NCBI GenBank assembly: GCA_965237955.1
Contig: OZ250169.1
Span: 3,776,001 to 3,840,000 of the forward strand
DNA length: 64,000 nt
Direction: 5' to 3'
Source: Candidatus Marinacidobacterales bacterium
Lineage (GTDB): Bacteria > Acidobacteriota > Vicinamibacteria > Marinacidobacterales > SMYC01
A program made the position numbers and the translations under genes. Below, piece by piece: positions 41,506 to 50,948 of the stretch (its first letter is position 1; the number at the start of each line of letters is the position of its first letter). The notes under the pieces are model-generated. The model made no database searches. It saw nothing but the letters and a program-made list of their open reading frames with translations, and had not been told where the DNA came from.

Positions 41506-42509
41506 GAAGCCTCCCTCAAAATCTCGTACAGCACGGCCATCTGCGCCCACATGCGGTTTTTCGCCTGGTGAATGACGACGCTCCGCGGTCCTTCGAGCAC
41601 TTCTTCGGTCACGACGACGCCGCGGCGCACGGGAAGGCAATGCATGAACCGGCAATCCGAAGCGGCACCGTCGAACCAGCTTTTCTCCACGCGCCACCCG
41701 TAGAGATCCTTCTTCATCTCACGTTCCGCGTCGTCGTCGCCGTAGTGCTTCGCAGACGACCACGCTTTCGCGTAGATGACGGAAGCTTCGGTGAGCGCCT
41801 CGCGGGGATCGTCGCTTTCACCGATCGAGCCACCCGAGCTCGACGCCGACGCGCGCGCCCTGGCCATGACCTTCTCCGGCAGATCGAAACCTTCGGGTCG
41901 CAAGACCGTCACATCCATCCCGCGCATCGCCGCCATCTGGAGCGTCGACGCCGGCACCGCAAGCGGAAGTGCCTTCGGATGATTCGCCCACGAGAGCACG
42001 AACTTTCCCCCGGCGCGAGGGATGTCGAGCTCGTTCATCGTCTTCCAATCAGCGACGCTCTGGCACGGATGGCGGATCGCGGACTCCATATTAATGACGG
42101 GCACCGGCGACAGCTTGGCCATCGCTTGGAAGTCACGGTCTTCGACGTCGTCGTCGAGTGATTTCTTCGCCGCGAACGCGCGGATGCCGAGAGCATCGCC
42201 ATAGGAAGCCAACACCGGAACGGCTTCGCGGATGTGCTCGGCAGCGGCACCGTCCATGGTGACGCCAGCTCGGGTTTCCAGTCCGTGGATCCCGCTGTCG
42301 GGTGAAACGACGAACGAACCGCCGCCGAGGCGCATCATCGCGGCTTGGAACGACGTCGACGTCCGGAGCGACGGGCTGAGAAACAAGAGGGCAAGCACTT
42401 TGCCTTCGAGCGCTCTAGGCTCAGGATGCTCTTCGAGCCGTTGGGCGAGCTCGAGCAGATGCTCGACCGCTTCCGGAGCGAGCTCGCTCAGGTCGTTGAA
42501 GCCAAGCAT
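41502..42509 (-). CDS. argF: N-acylornithine carbamoyltransferase (ArgF'; AOTCase/SOTCase family)
   Basis: FLSPSLRT, MDG...EH, NMES..HPCQ, W..HPKALP.AV, FMHCLPVRR. Confidence 0.9.
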   Translation of the reverse strand: MLGFNDLSELAPEAVEHLLELAQRLEEHPEPRALEGKVLALLFLSPSLRTSTSFQAAMMRLGGGSFVVSPDSGIHGLETRAGVTMDGAAAEHIREAVPVLASYGDALGIRAFAAKKSLDDDVEDRDFQAMAKLSPVPVINMESAIRHPCQSVADWKTMNELDIPRAGGKFVLSWANHPKALPLAVPASTLQMAAMRGMDVTVLRPEGFDLPEKVMARARASASSSGGSIGESDDPREALTEASVIYAKAWSSAKHYGDDDAEREMKKDLYGWRVEKSWFDGAASDCRFMHCLPVRRGVVVTEEVLEGPRSVVIHQAKNRMWAQMAVLYEILREAS

Positions 42510-43627
42510 GACGCCAGGGCGCGAGACAACTCGCCGACGTGTTTCTCCGGAAGATTAAGAGCTGGCATGAGCCGTAAGACATTCGGATCCGCGCTCGTAC
42601 CGACGAGAATGTCGTGGCTCAGAAGATCATCTCGTACGACGGTCGCGGGTATCTCGCACACGAGGCCGAGAAGAAAGCCCGCACCTTGAATTTTTTTGAC
42701 GGGCCCTATTACACAGGTCGAGCGAATGAGTGACGATACGTTGCGCACGTGCTGCAGTAGGCCTTCGCTTTCGATGACGTCGATGACGGTTTCAACGAGA
42801 GCGCACGCCATGGGACCACCACCGAAGGTCGTTCCGAGACTTCCCTTGGACGCTCGCTCGGCAACGGCGTCGGTCATGAGAACCGCACCGACGGGAAATC
42901 CCGCGGCCACGGATTTCGCCGTCGTGAGAATGTCGGGCACCACGTTGACGCGCTCCGCCGCGAACCCGAACCCGGTGCGGCCAACGCCGCATTGCACTTC
43001 GTCGAAGATGAGGACGGTCTCGGTCTCATCGCAGCGCTCACGAATCGCTTTCAAGAAATCAGCATCGAGATCGACAGCACCCGCCATCCCCTGGATGGGC
43101 TCGACGATCACGGCCGCGGTGGCCTTATCGATAGCGTAGAGGCCGTCTGCTTTGTTTGGGGGGATGAACTTCACCGGAAACGGCGTCAACGGGAACGCGT
43201 ACCACTTGTTGGCAGCTCCCCAGGTCACCGCGCTCGCGGCGGCGGTACGGCCATGGAAGCTATGCTCGATGGCAACGACCCTTTTGCGCTTCGACCCGAA
43301 AAACGCCAGCCGCAGCGCGTTCTCATTCGCTTCGGCGCCGCTGTTGACGAAGAACACGTGGTTCAGCCCGGGGGGCGCGAGCGCCGCGAGCCGGTCGGCG
43401 GCGCGTTCTCTCACTTTCAGGGGCACCACGTTCGATTGGAACGTGAGCTCTTTCGCCTGGCGCGCCAGCGTCTCGACAACGCGAGGATGCCCGTAACCAA
43501 GCGACGCCACGGCGTGTCCGCCGTAGAGGTCCAAAATCCAGCGTCCCTTCGCCGTCAACAGATGGACGCCCTCCGCGGAAACCGGCTCGAAGGGAAGGTG
43601 TGGGTACACGTCGAGAAGGCTCGTCAT
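42488..43627 (-). CDS. argD: acylornithine aminotransferase ArgD
   Basis: DLYGGHAV.SLG, NSGAEANE, FHGRT, EPIQG, FDEVQCG.GRTG, TTAKS, GTTFGGGP. Confidence 0.92.
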   Translation of the reverse strand: MTSLLDVYPHLPFEPVSAEGVHLLTAKGRWILDLYGGHAVASLGYGHPRVVETLARQAKELTFQSNVVPLKVRERAADRLAALAPPGLNHVFFVNSGAEANENALRLAFFGSKRKRVVAIEHSFHGRTAAASAVTWGAANKWYAFPLTPFPVKFIPPNKADGLYAIDKATAAVIVEPIQGMAGAVDLDADFLKAIRERCDETETVLIFDEVQCGVGRTGFGFAAERVNVVPDILTTAKSVAAGFPVGAVLMTDAVAERASKGSLGTTFGGGPMACALVETVIDVIESEGLLQHVRNVSSLIRSTCVIGPVKKIQGAGFLLGLVCEIPATVVRDDLLSHDILVGTSADPNVLRLMPALNLPEKHVGELSRALASCLASTT

Positions 43628-43638
43628 GACTGGTAATT

Positions 43639-44715
43639 CTAGATCCATCCGGGGCCTGAAAGGGTCAAGCCCGTGGTCTCGGGAAAGCCGAGCAGGCGGT
43701 TCATCCATTGGACGCCACCACCGGCGGCGCCTTTCGTCAGGTTGTCGATCACGGAGAAAACGGCTACGGAATCCCCTTCGCACGCGACGCCAAGATGCGC
43801 GTAGTTGCTGCCGACGACGTCTTTGAGCTTGGGCGTTCCCGACACGACGCGCACGAACGGCGACGAGGCGTAAAACGTTTCGAGCTCGCGAGCGATCGCG
43901 TCGCGATCGAGATCCGCTTGGAGTTTTCCCTGCACCGTCATGTGAATGCCGCGCGCGAACGGCCCCGAGTGCGGGATGAAGTGGAGCGCTGGCTTCACGC
44001 CGGCCACGCGCTCGGTGATGGCGGTGACCTCGGGTACGTGTCGGTGCGCGAGCGGCTTGTACGCAAAGAGGTTGCTCTGGCGGAGCGGGTGGTGCGTGCT
44101 CGCTTTCGGTTCTCGGCCGGAGCCGGTGCTGCCGGTGATGCCGACGGCGTAGAGATTCGGCTCGACGATGCCGAGCTTCAAAAGCGGCACGATGCTCAGA
44201 AGAAGCGCGGTCGCAAAACAACCGGGATGCCCGATATGTTGCGGTGTTTCGGTGACATGTTCCGGAAGCGCGCTCGAGAACTCGGGCACGAGCTCCTTCG
44301 CGCCGTGCGGTGAGCCATAGACGGCTTCATAGGCGTCCGCGCTCGAGTATCGAAAATCGGCCGACAAATCGACGACGCGGACGTCGGTGCTTCCGTTCGC
44401 CGAGCCGAGGAGCTCCTTGACGAGCGCGGCGGACGCGCCATGGCTCGCTGCGGAGAACGCCGCCACCGGACCACTCGCTTTTTCGAGGATGCCGGGAAGA
44501 TCGGCGCGCGAGCAGAACGTTTGATCGCCGTACGTGGAGTGCAAATGCGGGAACACACTTTCGAGCGTGTTCCCCGCCTGGCTTTCGGAAACTGCCGCGG
44601 TCAACTCGAGACGCGGATGCGCACTGAGCAATCGAAAGAGCTCGCCGGCCACGTAGCCGGAAGCACCGAGGACGATGGTGGCAATCGGTTCAGTTTTTTC
44701 AGTGGGCTCGTTCAT
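43639..44715 (-). CDS. argC: N-acylglutamyl-phosphate reductase ArgC
   Basis: GASGYVAGEL, DLSADFR, PGCFATA, TGSTGSG, HRH.PE, IDNLTKGAAG. Confidence 0.94.
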   Translation of the reverse strand: MNEPTEKTEPIATIVLGASGYVAGELFRLLSAHPRLELTAAVSESQAGNTLESVFPHLHSTYGDQTFCSRADLPGILEKASGPVAAFSAASHGASAALVKELLGSANGSTDVRVVDLSADFRYSSADAYEAVYGSPHGAKELVPEFSSALPEHVTETPQHIGHPGCFATALLLSIVPLLKLGIVEPNLYAVGITGSTGSGREPKASTHHPLRQSNLFAYKPLAHRHVPEVTAITERVAGVKPALHFIPHSGPFARGIHMTVQGKLQADLDRDAIARELETFYASSPFVRVVSGTPKLKDVVGSNYAHLGVACEGDSVAVFSVIDNLTKGAAGGGVQWMNRLLGFPETTGLTLSGPGWI

Positions 44716-45772
44716 GGCAATGCTCGAGGACGATATCGCCTAGCGTCGCGCCCGACGTGCGAGCGTTCGCGGCATCGAGAGCGAGTTGGCGTCGAATAAT
44801 GTCGATACCCACGGCGTTGTCGGTTGCCGGACCGGTCACGACGGTCGGCTCGATGCCGAAGCGCTCTCGTAGGAGCGTAACGCCGCCCCATGCAGCGACG
44901 GGATCGTTGGCCGAGAGCACGACGGAGGTGAGGACCGAGCGAATGGCGTCGTCGCCGAGGATCGCTTCGACGCCGTAGGCGCCAAGAAGGCCGTCGCCGA
45001 GCTCGAAGACGATGACGTCTGGTTGTCCTTCCGCGAGCTCGTTGAGCATCGTTTTCGTCAAGTCCGGACCATTACCGTCCGTCGTGGTGACGACGCCGAG
45101 GTCGGTGAAGATTCGAGTCTCTCGAGCGCCGGCGTCTTCCATGGCGAGGATATCGCGCCGCGCCGAAACTCCGGTCGCTTTGAAAGCATCGACCACGAGC
45201 CCTTTGTGGCGGAGACGCGACACGATCGCGCACGCGGCTGAAGTCTTCCCCGAATCCATGCACGTGCCGGCGACGGCGACGACAGGAATGCCCTTCGTGT
45301 CAAGCTTGATAGGCTTGACAGGCTTGGGGCTTTTCGGAAGCTTGGCGCCGCCGACGCGCGCGGGCACACCGATGCGCTCGCCGAGGTACGGGAAGTCGAG
45401 GACGGAGCCTAAAACTCTGCAATCGAAGGGCTCGCCGCGTTCAGGGTCGGCGCTTTCACACGTGCCGAGCACCCCACCGAGATTGAGAAGCTGGAGCGTA
45501 TCGCCCGGACGGACAGTGGCGGGCACCGAGCCCGAGTAGCCGAAAAGAGCCCTCCGGTGACCGAGGGCGCCGACCAGCACGTCGCCGCGCTTGACGATGG
45601 CCATACGCCCGCTCGCGAGCTCGAGCTCGTTGTAAGTGGCTTTGTCGTTAAGGACTTCCACCGCCACGACCACGCCCTCTTCCGCGGGGATGTCCGCGCT
45701 GAGGCGGAGCTCAGGTGTCAGCCCACAGCTCTGGGCGACGGAGGCAATCTTGTCGGCGACCGCGCGTTTCAT
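44699..45772 (-). CDS. DUF1611-like P-loop protein, first gene of the arg operon
   Basis: VAGTCMDSGKT (deviant Walker A), KATG...RRD, FTDLG, FELGDG; overlaps argC by 17 bp. Confidence 0.75.
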   Translation of the reverse strand: MKRAVADKIASVAQSCGLTPELRLSADIPAEEGVVVAVEVLNDKATYNELELASGRMAIVKRGDVLVGALGHRRALFGYSGSVPATVRPGDTLQLLNLGGVLGTCESADPERGEPFDCRVLGSVLDFPYLGERIGVPARVGGAKLPKSPKPVKPIKLDTKGIPVVAVAGTCMDSGKTSAACAIVSRLRHKGLVVDAFKATGVSARRDILAMEDAGARETRIFTDLGVVTTTDGNGPDLTKTMLNELAEGQPDVIVFELGDGLLGAYGVEAILGDDAIRSVLTSVVLSANDPVAAWGGVTLLRERFGIEPTVVTGPATDNAVGIDIIRRQLALDAANARTSGATLGDIVLEHCHERAH

Positions 45773-45794
45773 GGCATCATCCCCAAGGGACACG

Positions 45795-45833
45795 AATGCA
45801 TAATTATTAACTTAGATTGCATAAATAGTCAAC
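45795..45833. promoter_or_regulatory. tandem ARG boxes (ArgR operator)
   Basis: AATGCATAATTATTAACT (45795-812) and ATTGCATAAATAGTCAAC (45816-833), 3-bp spacer, directly upstream of the arg operon. Confidence 0.85.
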
Positions 45834-45853
45834 CCGGAGCGGGCTCGGCGGAA

Positions 45854-46741
45854 TCAACTGGCGCTGGACAGGTCGAGGGCGTCCGCGAGCTCGCGGAGCT
45901 TGCTCTGAACTTTCTTCGTGTTCTCCGGCCCGATCCGCAGGAGCTGCTTTTGCGCCGGAGAGAGCACCTCGAGGCGTGATTCCACGAACGTGTAGTTCAC
46001 GCTGTCGGCGCGGAGGGTGATGCGGTCCTCCACCACCGGCGTCTGCAGCAGAATCGAGATCGCCTTCCGCAGAGCGTCTTCGAACTGCTGATCTTGATAG
46101 CCCAGCTCCGCGTACGCCTCGTCCATCAAAGGCTTCGCGTTGCGATACACGGTAGCCAACCCTTCCGTGTCCATCGAGGCAAACGCCGACGCAAGAACGT
46201 TGTAGCGATGGTAGCCGCGCGGGTCGAGGAAAACCTGGGGCGAGCGCTGGACCACGTTGAACTTCTCCTCGGGCGCGAGATACGGAAAATGGCGCGCCGG
46301 GTTCTCCCCCTCCGCAATATTGTCGACGGCCGCGACGATCTTGCGCACGAGCTCGTCCGTCAACAGGAACGACGCCAATCCCGGATGCTGCGAGAGTTTC
46401 CCGAGAGCTTCTCGCGCGAACACGTCGCTTTCCGAGAGAGCGGGGAGAACGACCTCCGGTTCTTCCGGCTCGGGCTCTGGCTCTTCCTCTGCCGGTTGCG
46501 GTAGAGCGAGGGGAGCCGGACGATCGTCGGAAGCTTCTTGCTCCAGCACCGTCACCGGTCCGCGGCTCGAGAACAACCAGAAAAGCGTGAGCCCGGCGAC
46601 GAATGCGAGACCGGCGGCTGCGATCAGAGGCCACGTGAGTAACGACCCCTCACCGCCGTACCTTATGGGCGCCGACGCCGAGGAAGCGGTGTAATCGTCG
46701 TCCTCGGACTGATCGAGGTTCTGGTCGTCCCAATCGCTCAT
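45854..46741 (-). CDS. DUF3014 domain protein
   Basis: LPALSESD, VDNIAEG, Y.RY, PLMDEAYAELGY, LSPAQKQLLRIGPEN. Confidence 0.85.
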   Translation of the reverse strand: MSDWDDQNLDQSEDDDYTASSASAPIRYGGEGSLLTWPLIAAAGLAFVAGLTLFWLFSSRGPVTVLEQEASDDRPAPLALPQPAEEEPEPEPEEPEVVLPALSESDVFAREALGKLSQHPGLASFLLTDELVRKIVAAVDNIAEGENPARHFPYLAPEEKFNVVQRSPQVFLDPRGYHRYNVLASAFASMDTEGLATVYRNAKPLMDEAYAELGYQDQQFEDALRKAISILLQTPVVEDRITLRADSVNYTFVESRLEVLSPAQKQLLRIGPENTKKVQSKLRELADALDLSSAS

Positions 46742-46807
46742 TTGAAGGTACCGAGTTACCTGCATGCTAGACCGCGGGCACAGGGCGCGCAATTCCGAAG
46801 GACGTGT

Positions 46808-46823
46808 TGGCACGCGACTTGCT
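46808..46823 (+). promoter_or_regulatory. sigma54 (-24/-12) promoter
   Basis: TGGCAC-GCGAC-TTGCT, exact consensus, 75 nt upstream of the vWA gene. Confidence 0.8.
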
Positions 46824-46898
46824 CTAGACGTGCCACGTCAAACACGACGGAAGCGGTTTCCCCCTAAAAACCGCTTTCGGTTTTATCTGGAGGAAAGC

Positions 46899-48530
46899 AT
46901 GAGTCGCATTTTTTGGACCTTCGTGACACTTTGCGTCATCGCCGGAGTGATCGCCGCGATCGCGATACCGTCTCTATCGCGAGCCCGCATATCTTCGACG
47001 CCAACGGAACAACAGGCGTATTCCGGCGGGACGGCTTATCTCGAGGGCGGCGGCGAGTACGCGCCGGCTCCACCACTATCCGCGTTCATCGGAGAAGGCG
47101 GCGGCGAGTACGTACCTTACCAACCACCCAACGTCTTCGTACACAACACCGAGGACTACGACCCCATCGACTACAACACGTTCCAAGACGCTCGATTGAA
47201 CCCACTCTCTACATTCTCGATCGACGTCGACACCGCGTCCTACAGCAACGTGCGACGCTTTCTCGAGATGGGACAACGTCCTCCGAAGGACGCCGTTCGC
47301 ACCGAAGAGCTCATCAACTATTTCCAATACGACTATCCCGAGCCGAAGGGCGAGCAACCATTCTCGTTGACTGCCGAAGTTTCCCCGTGTCCGTGGAAGC
47401 CCGCGCACCGTCTCGTCCACATAGGTCTTCAGGGGCGAAGGATTCCGGACGACGAGCTGCCGCCCCGAAACCTCGTGTTTCTTCTCGATGTTTCCGGATC
47501 GATGGCGCAGACCAACAAGCTGCCTTTGCTCCAATCGTCGATGCGCCTTTTGACCAAACAACTCGGTGCCGAAGACCGCGTCGCGATCGTCGTTTACGCC
47601 GGCGCGGCCGGGCTCGTGCTCGAGCCCACCCCCGGATCGGACAGACGAACGATACTCAAGGCGATCGATCGATTGCAGGCGGGTGGTTCGACCGCGGGAA
47701 GCCAGGGCATTCAACTCGCCTACGAGGTCGCGTCCGAAAGCTTCATCGAAGGCGGCGCCAACCGCGTCATTCTCGCCACCGACGGCGATTTCAACGTTGG
47801 CGTCAGCAGTCGGGGAGGTCTCGAGGAGCTCATCGAAGACAAGCGGGACAGCGGAATCTTTCTCACCGTTCTCGGCTTCGGCATGGGGAACCTCAAGGAC
47901 GCCACGATGGAGCTTTTGGCGGACAAGGGCAACGGCAACTACGCCTACATCGACTCCCATCAAGAGGCGGAGAAAGTTCTCGTCCGCGAAGTGGGAGCGA
48001 CGCTCGTGACCATTGCCAAAGACGTCAAGATTCAAGTGGAGTTCAACCCCGCCAAGGTGTCCGCCTATCGCCTCATCGGCTACGAGAACCGCATCCTCGC
48101 AGACGAAGACTTCAACGACGACAAGAAAGACGCCGGCGAGCTTGGTGCGGGCCACACGGTGACGGCGCTCTACGAAGTCGTGCCGGTAGGAGTCGAGCTC
48201 GACACCGGGAATGCCGACCCTCTGAGGTATCAGCAAGTCCGACTACCCGGACCTGCGGCGCAAAGCAACGAGCTTCTCACCGTCAAGCTTCGCTACAAGA
48301 AGCCCGACGCATGGGTAAGCACGCGCTTCGAGCGCCAGCTCTACGACAGCCCTCACCAGCTCGAGAGCGAGAGCGTGAAGTTCTCGGCCGCCGTCGCCGC
48401 GTTCGGCATGCTGCTGCGTGACTCCGAGTTCAAGGGAGACGCGAGCTTCGACATGGTCCTCGAGCTCGTTCGAGAAAGCCGCGGCGATGATCCGTACGGT
48501 GACCGCGCAGGTGGGTGGCACAGGCATGCT
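46899..48530 (+). CDS. YfbK-like vWA domain protein; last residues replaced at the IS junction
   Basis: STFSIDVDTASYSNVRR, FLLDVSGSM, LATDGDFNVG, YRLIGYENR, DAGELGAGH; RBS GGAGG before ATG 46899. Confidence 0.9.
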
Positions 48531-49616
48531 GCCTTGGTGCACAACTCGCGATCTCGGTCCACAATTGTCCTTTACTCACGGATTCGAGGTTCCCCATGAG
48601 CATTTTCAAACGCACTCAGCGGAAGTATGTGAAGAAGGCCTATCGCGTGAGGAATTGGCGTGAATATGAGGCGGGTCTACGCAACCGTGGGAGCCTGACC
48701 GTCTGGATCTCGCTCACCGCCGGCAAGCTTGTGAACTGGGACGCGCCCCGGCCGAGGAGGAGGAACCCGGGCCGTCAACGCAAGTACTCGAACCACGCCA
48801 TCGAGACGGCTGTCACCCTGGGCATGGTGTTTCATCTGTCATCTAGGCAGAGCGAGGGATTGCTGCGATCGTTGTTCGCTCTGATGAAGCTAGACAATGA
48901 TGTGCCCGATCACACCACGATCTCGAGGCGCAAGGCGAAGCTGGGTAAGGTCCCCTTCTACCAAGACAAGCAGAAGACGCCGTTGCACATCTTGATCGAC
49001 AGCAGCGGTCTCGCTGTCCACGCCGGCCAGCTGCGCAGAGCACCAAAGAGCAGGGACTATCGCAAGCTCCATCTGTGTGTCGACGAGCAGAGTGGCGAAG
49101 TCGTCGCCGGCGAGCTGACGAGCAAAAGAGCCCGCGATTCATCGCGGGTTGCATCGCTTGTCGGACAGATCGACAGTCCCATCTCATCGGCCAGAGCTGA
49201 CACCGCATACGACGCCGGCGGCGTCTATGAGGCAATCGAGAATCACAGCGCTCATTGCTCGCCGAGGGTGCTGATACCGCCGCGCAAGGGCGCCCAGCTC
49301 GCATCGGGGCCGGCGAGCAGCCGACAGCGCAATCGCAACATTGCAGCACAAGCTCGGCTCGGCAAACGAAAGTGGCACACAGAATCGGGCTACAGCAAAC
49401 GGAGCAAAGTCGAGACAACGTTCCATCGCTACAAGGCTATCGTGGGCTCAGCGATGCGAGCGAGAGGGTTGGCGGCACAGAGAGTCGAGGCAAGGATCGG
49501 GTGCAAGATTCTGAACACCATGACGGCGCTCGGGATGCCTGATAGCGAGATGATCGGATGATGGGAGTCGGGGCCAAGCGAGCTATCGGCCTCTATCGGA
49601 GTTGTGCACCAAGGCA
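48530..49616 (+). mobile_element. IS5 family (IS903 group) insertion sequence
   Basis: TIRs GCCTTGGTGCACAACTC (48531-47) and GAGTTGTGCACCAAGGC (49599-615); no flanking direct repeat visible. Confidence 0.9.
48596..49561 (+). CDS. IS903-group transposase
   Basis: YRVRNWREYEAGLRNRGSLTVW, PDHTTISRR, IDSSG, RKLHL, ADTAYD, GYSKRSKVET, LGMP. Confidence 0.92.
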   Translation: MSIFKRTQRKYVKKAYRVRNWREYEAGLRNRGSLTVWISLTAGKLVNWDAPRPRRRNPGRQRKYSNHAIETAVTLGMVFHLSSRQSEGLLRSLFALMKLDNDVPDHTTISRRKAKLGKVPFYQDKQKTPLHILIDSSGLAVHAGQLRRAPKSRDYRKLHLCVDEQSGEVVAGELTSKRARDSSRVASLVGQIDSPISSARADTAYDAGGVYEAIENHSAHCSPRVLIPPRKGAQLASGPASSRQRNRNIAAQARLGKRKWHTESGYSKRSKVETTFHRYKAIVGSAMRARGLAAQRVEARIGCKILNTMTALGMPDSEMIG

Positions 49617-50681
49617 GAGACGTTGCGCCATATCGCCTCGGAGGGGGCCGACTATCTCTACACCGGCGCCTGGGGAAAGAAGTTCGTCGAGAAGTCACGC
49701 GAGAAAGGTTATTGCGTGAGCCTCGAAGACATGGCGGACTTCCAGGTGCGCTGGTCCGATCCCGTCCGCTCCACGTACCGCGGCTACGAAATCGTGAGCG
49801 AGTCGCCACCGAAAAAGGGTGGCGTTCAGATCGCCTACAACCTCAACATTCTCGAGAACTTCGATCTGAAGAGCCTCGGTCACTACGCGACGTCGGCGGA
49901 AAGCCTCGAGATCCTGACGCGGGCGCTCGGCCGGGTGGAGAACGATATGCGGTACGGGATCGCCGATCCGAAAGCGTTTCAGATCCCAACGCAGGTGTGG
50001 CTGTCGAAAGACTACGCCCGGTTCGGCGCCGATTTCGTACGGCAGACGATGGTCGTTCCCAATGTGGATTTGACGCCGCACAAAGCAGTGGCAGCGCTCC
50101 ACCGTCCGGGCCCGATACGGATCGCGCGGTCCGCCGACGCGCCGCCGCTGGTCGACGAGAGCAATCACAACGTCATCGTCGATGCCGAAGGGAACTGGAT
50201 CACGTCGCTTCACACCGGACACGGCGGCGCGCCGGGGATCTTCATCGACGGCTTGCGGGCGACCGGGAGCGGTTTGCCAGGCCAGACGGTCGGCCCAGGC
50301 CGGCGGGTGAGCCCTAACAACACCGGTACGATCGTGGCCAAGGACGGAAAACCGTGGCTCGCTCTCGGCTCGCCGGGCGTACCGCCCCAGCCGGTGACCC
50401 AGATACTGGTGAACATCATCGACTTCGGCATGGATCCCGGCGACGCCGCGGACGCATCCCGCTTTTTCGCCTTCCGTACCAACGAGCGGGTTCTGGCCAT
50501 CGAGTCCCGCATCTCCGACGACGTGCGAAAGGGTCTGAAGGCCCGCGGCATCAAGATCGAAGACCTTGGTCCGTACAACTGGCACACCGGCTCCATGCAA
50601 ATCGTCTAGAGGGATCCGGAGACGGGAAAGCTTCACGGCGTGACCGATCCCCGCCGACTCGGCCGCGCCGCCGGCTTCTGA
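49617..50681 (+). pseudogene. gamma-glutamyltransferase family protein, 5' part deleted, TAG near the 3' end
   Basis: AETLRHIA.EG..Y.Y.G, YRGYEI, LNILE.FD, LGSPG, NIIDFGM; TAG at 50607 then G..DPRR.G.AAGF*. Confidence 0.85.
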
Positions 50682-50948
50682 AGTACCGAGGGGAAGCCGA
50701 GGGGCTCCCCCTCAGACTTCATGTAATGGGGGACGTGATGAAAAGAAGCACCTCGCCGCAATTCTCGGTTCCGTTGTACTGGCTCCTGCACCGGCCTATT
50801 CGCAAGGTGCTTCCGCAATCAAGTGTTGGCAGCCAGCCCCTAACCCGTTTGCGGGGAACCGGCTTGGCGAATCAGGCCGCGATCGGGTAGGTGTGCTACC
50901 CTCCCACTCTCGAGCTACATCCACACGATGCGCGAAGGGAGGACCGCC

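Noticed and set aside
11921-50609. Several in-frame TAG codons (11921, 32759, 50607) as possible amber recoding or pyrrolysine
   Set aside because: They lie in genes with additional frameshifts or deletions, mostly at Trp positions (TGG to TAG), and TAG terminates intact genes elsewhere in the window
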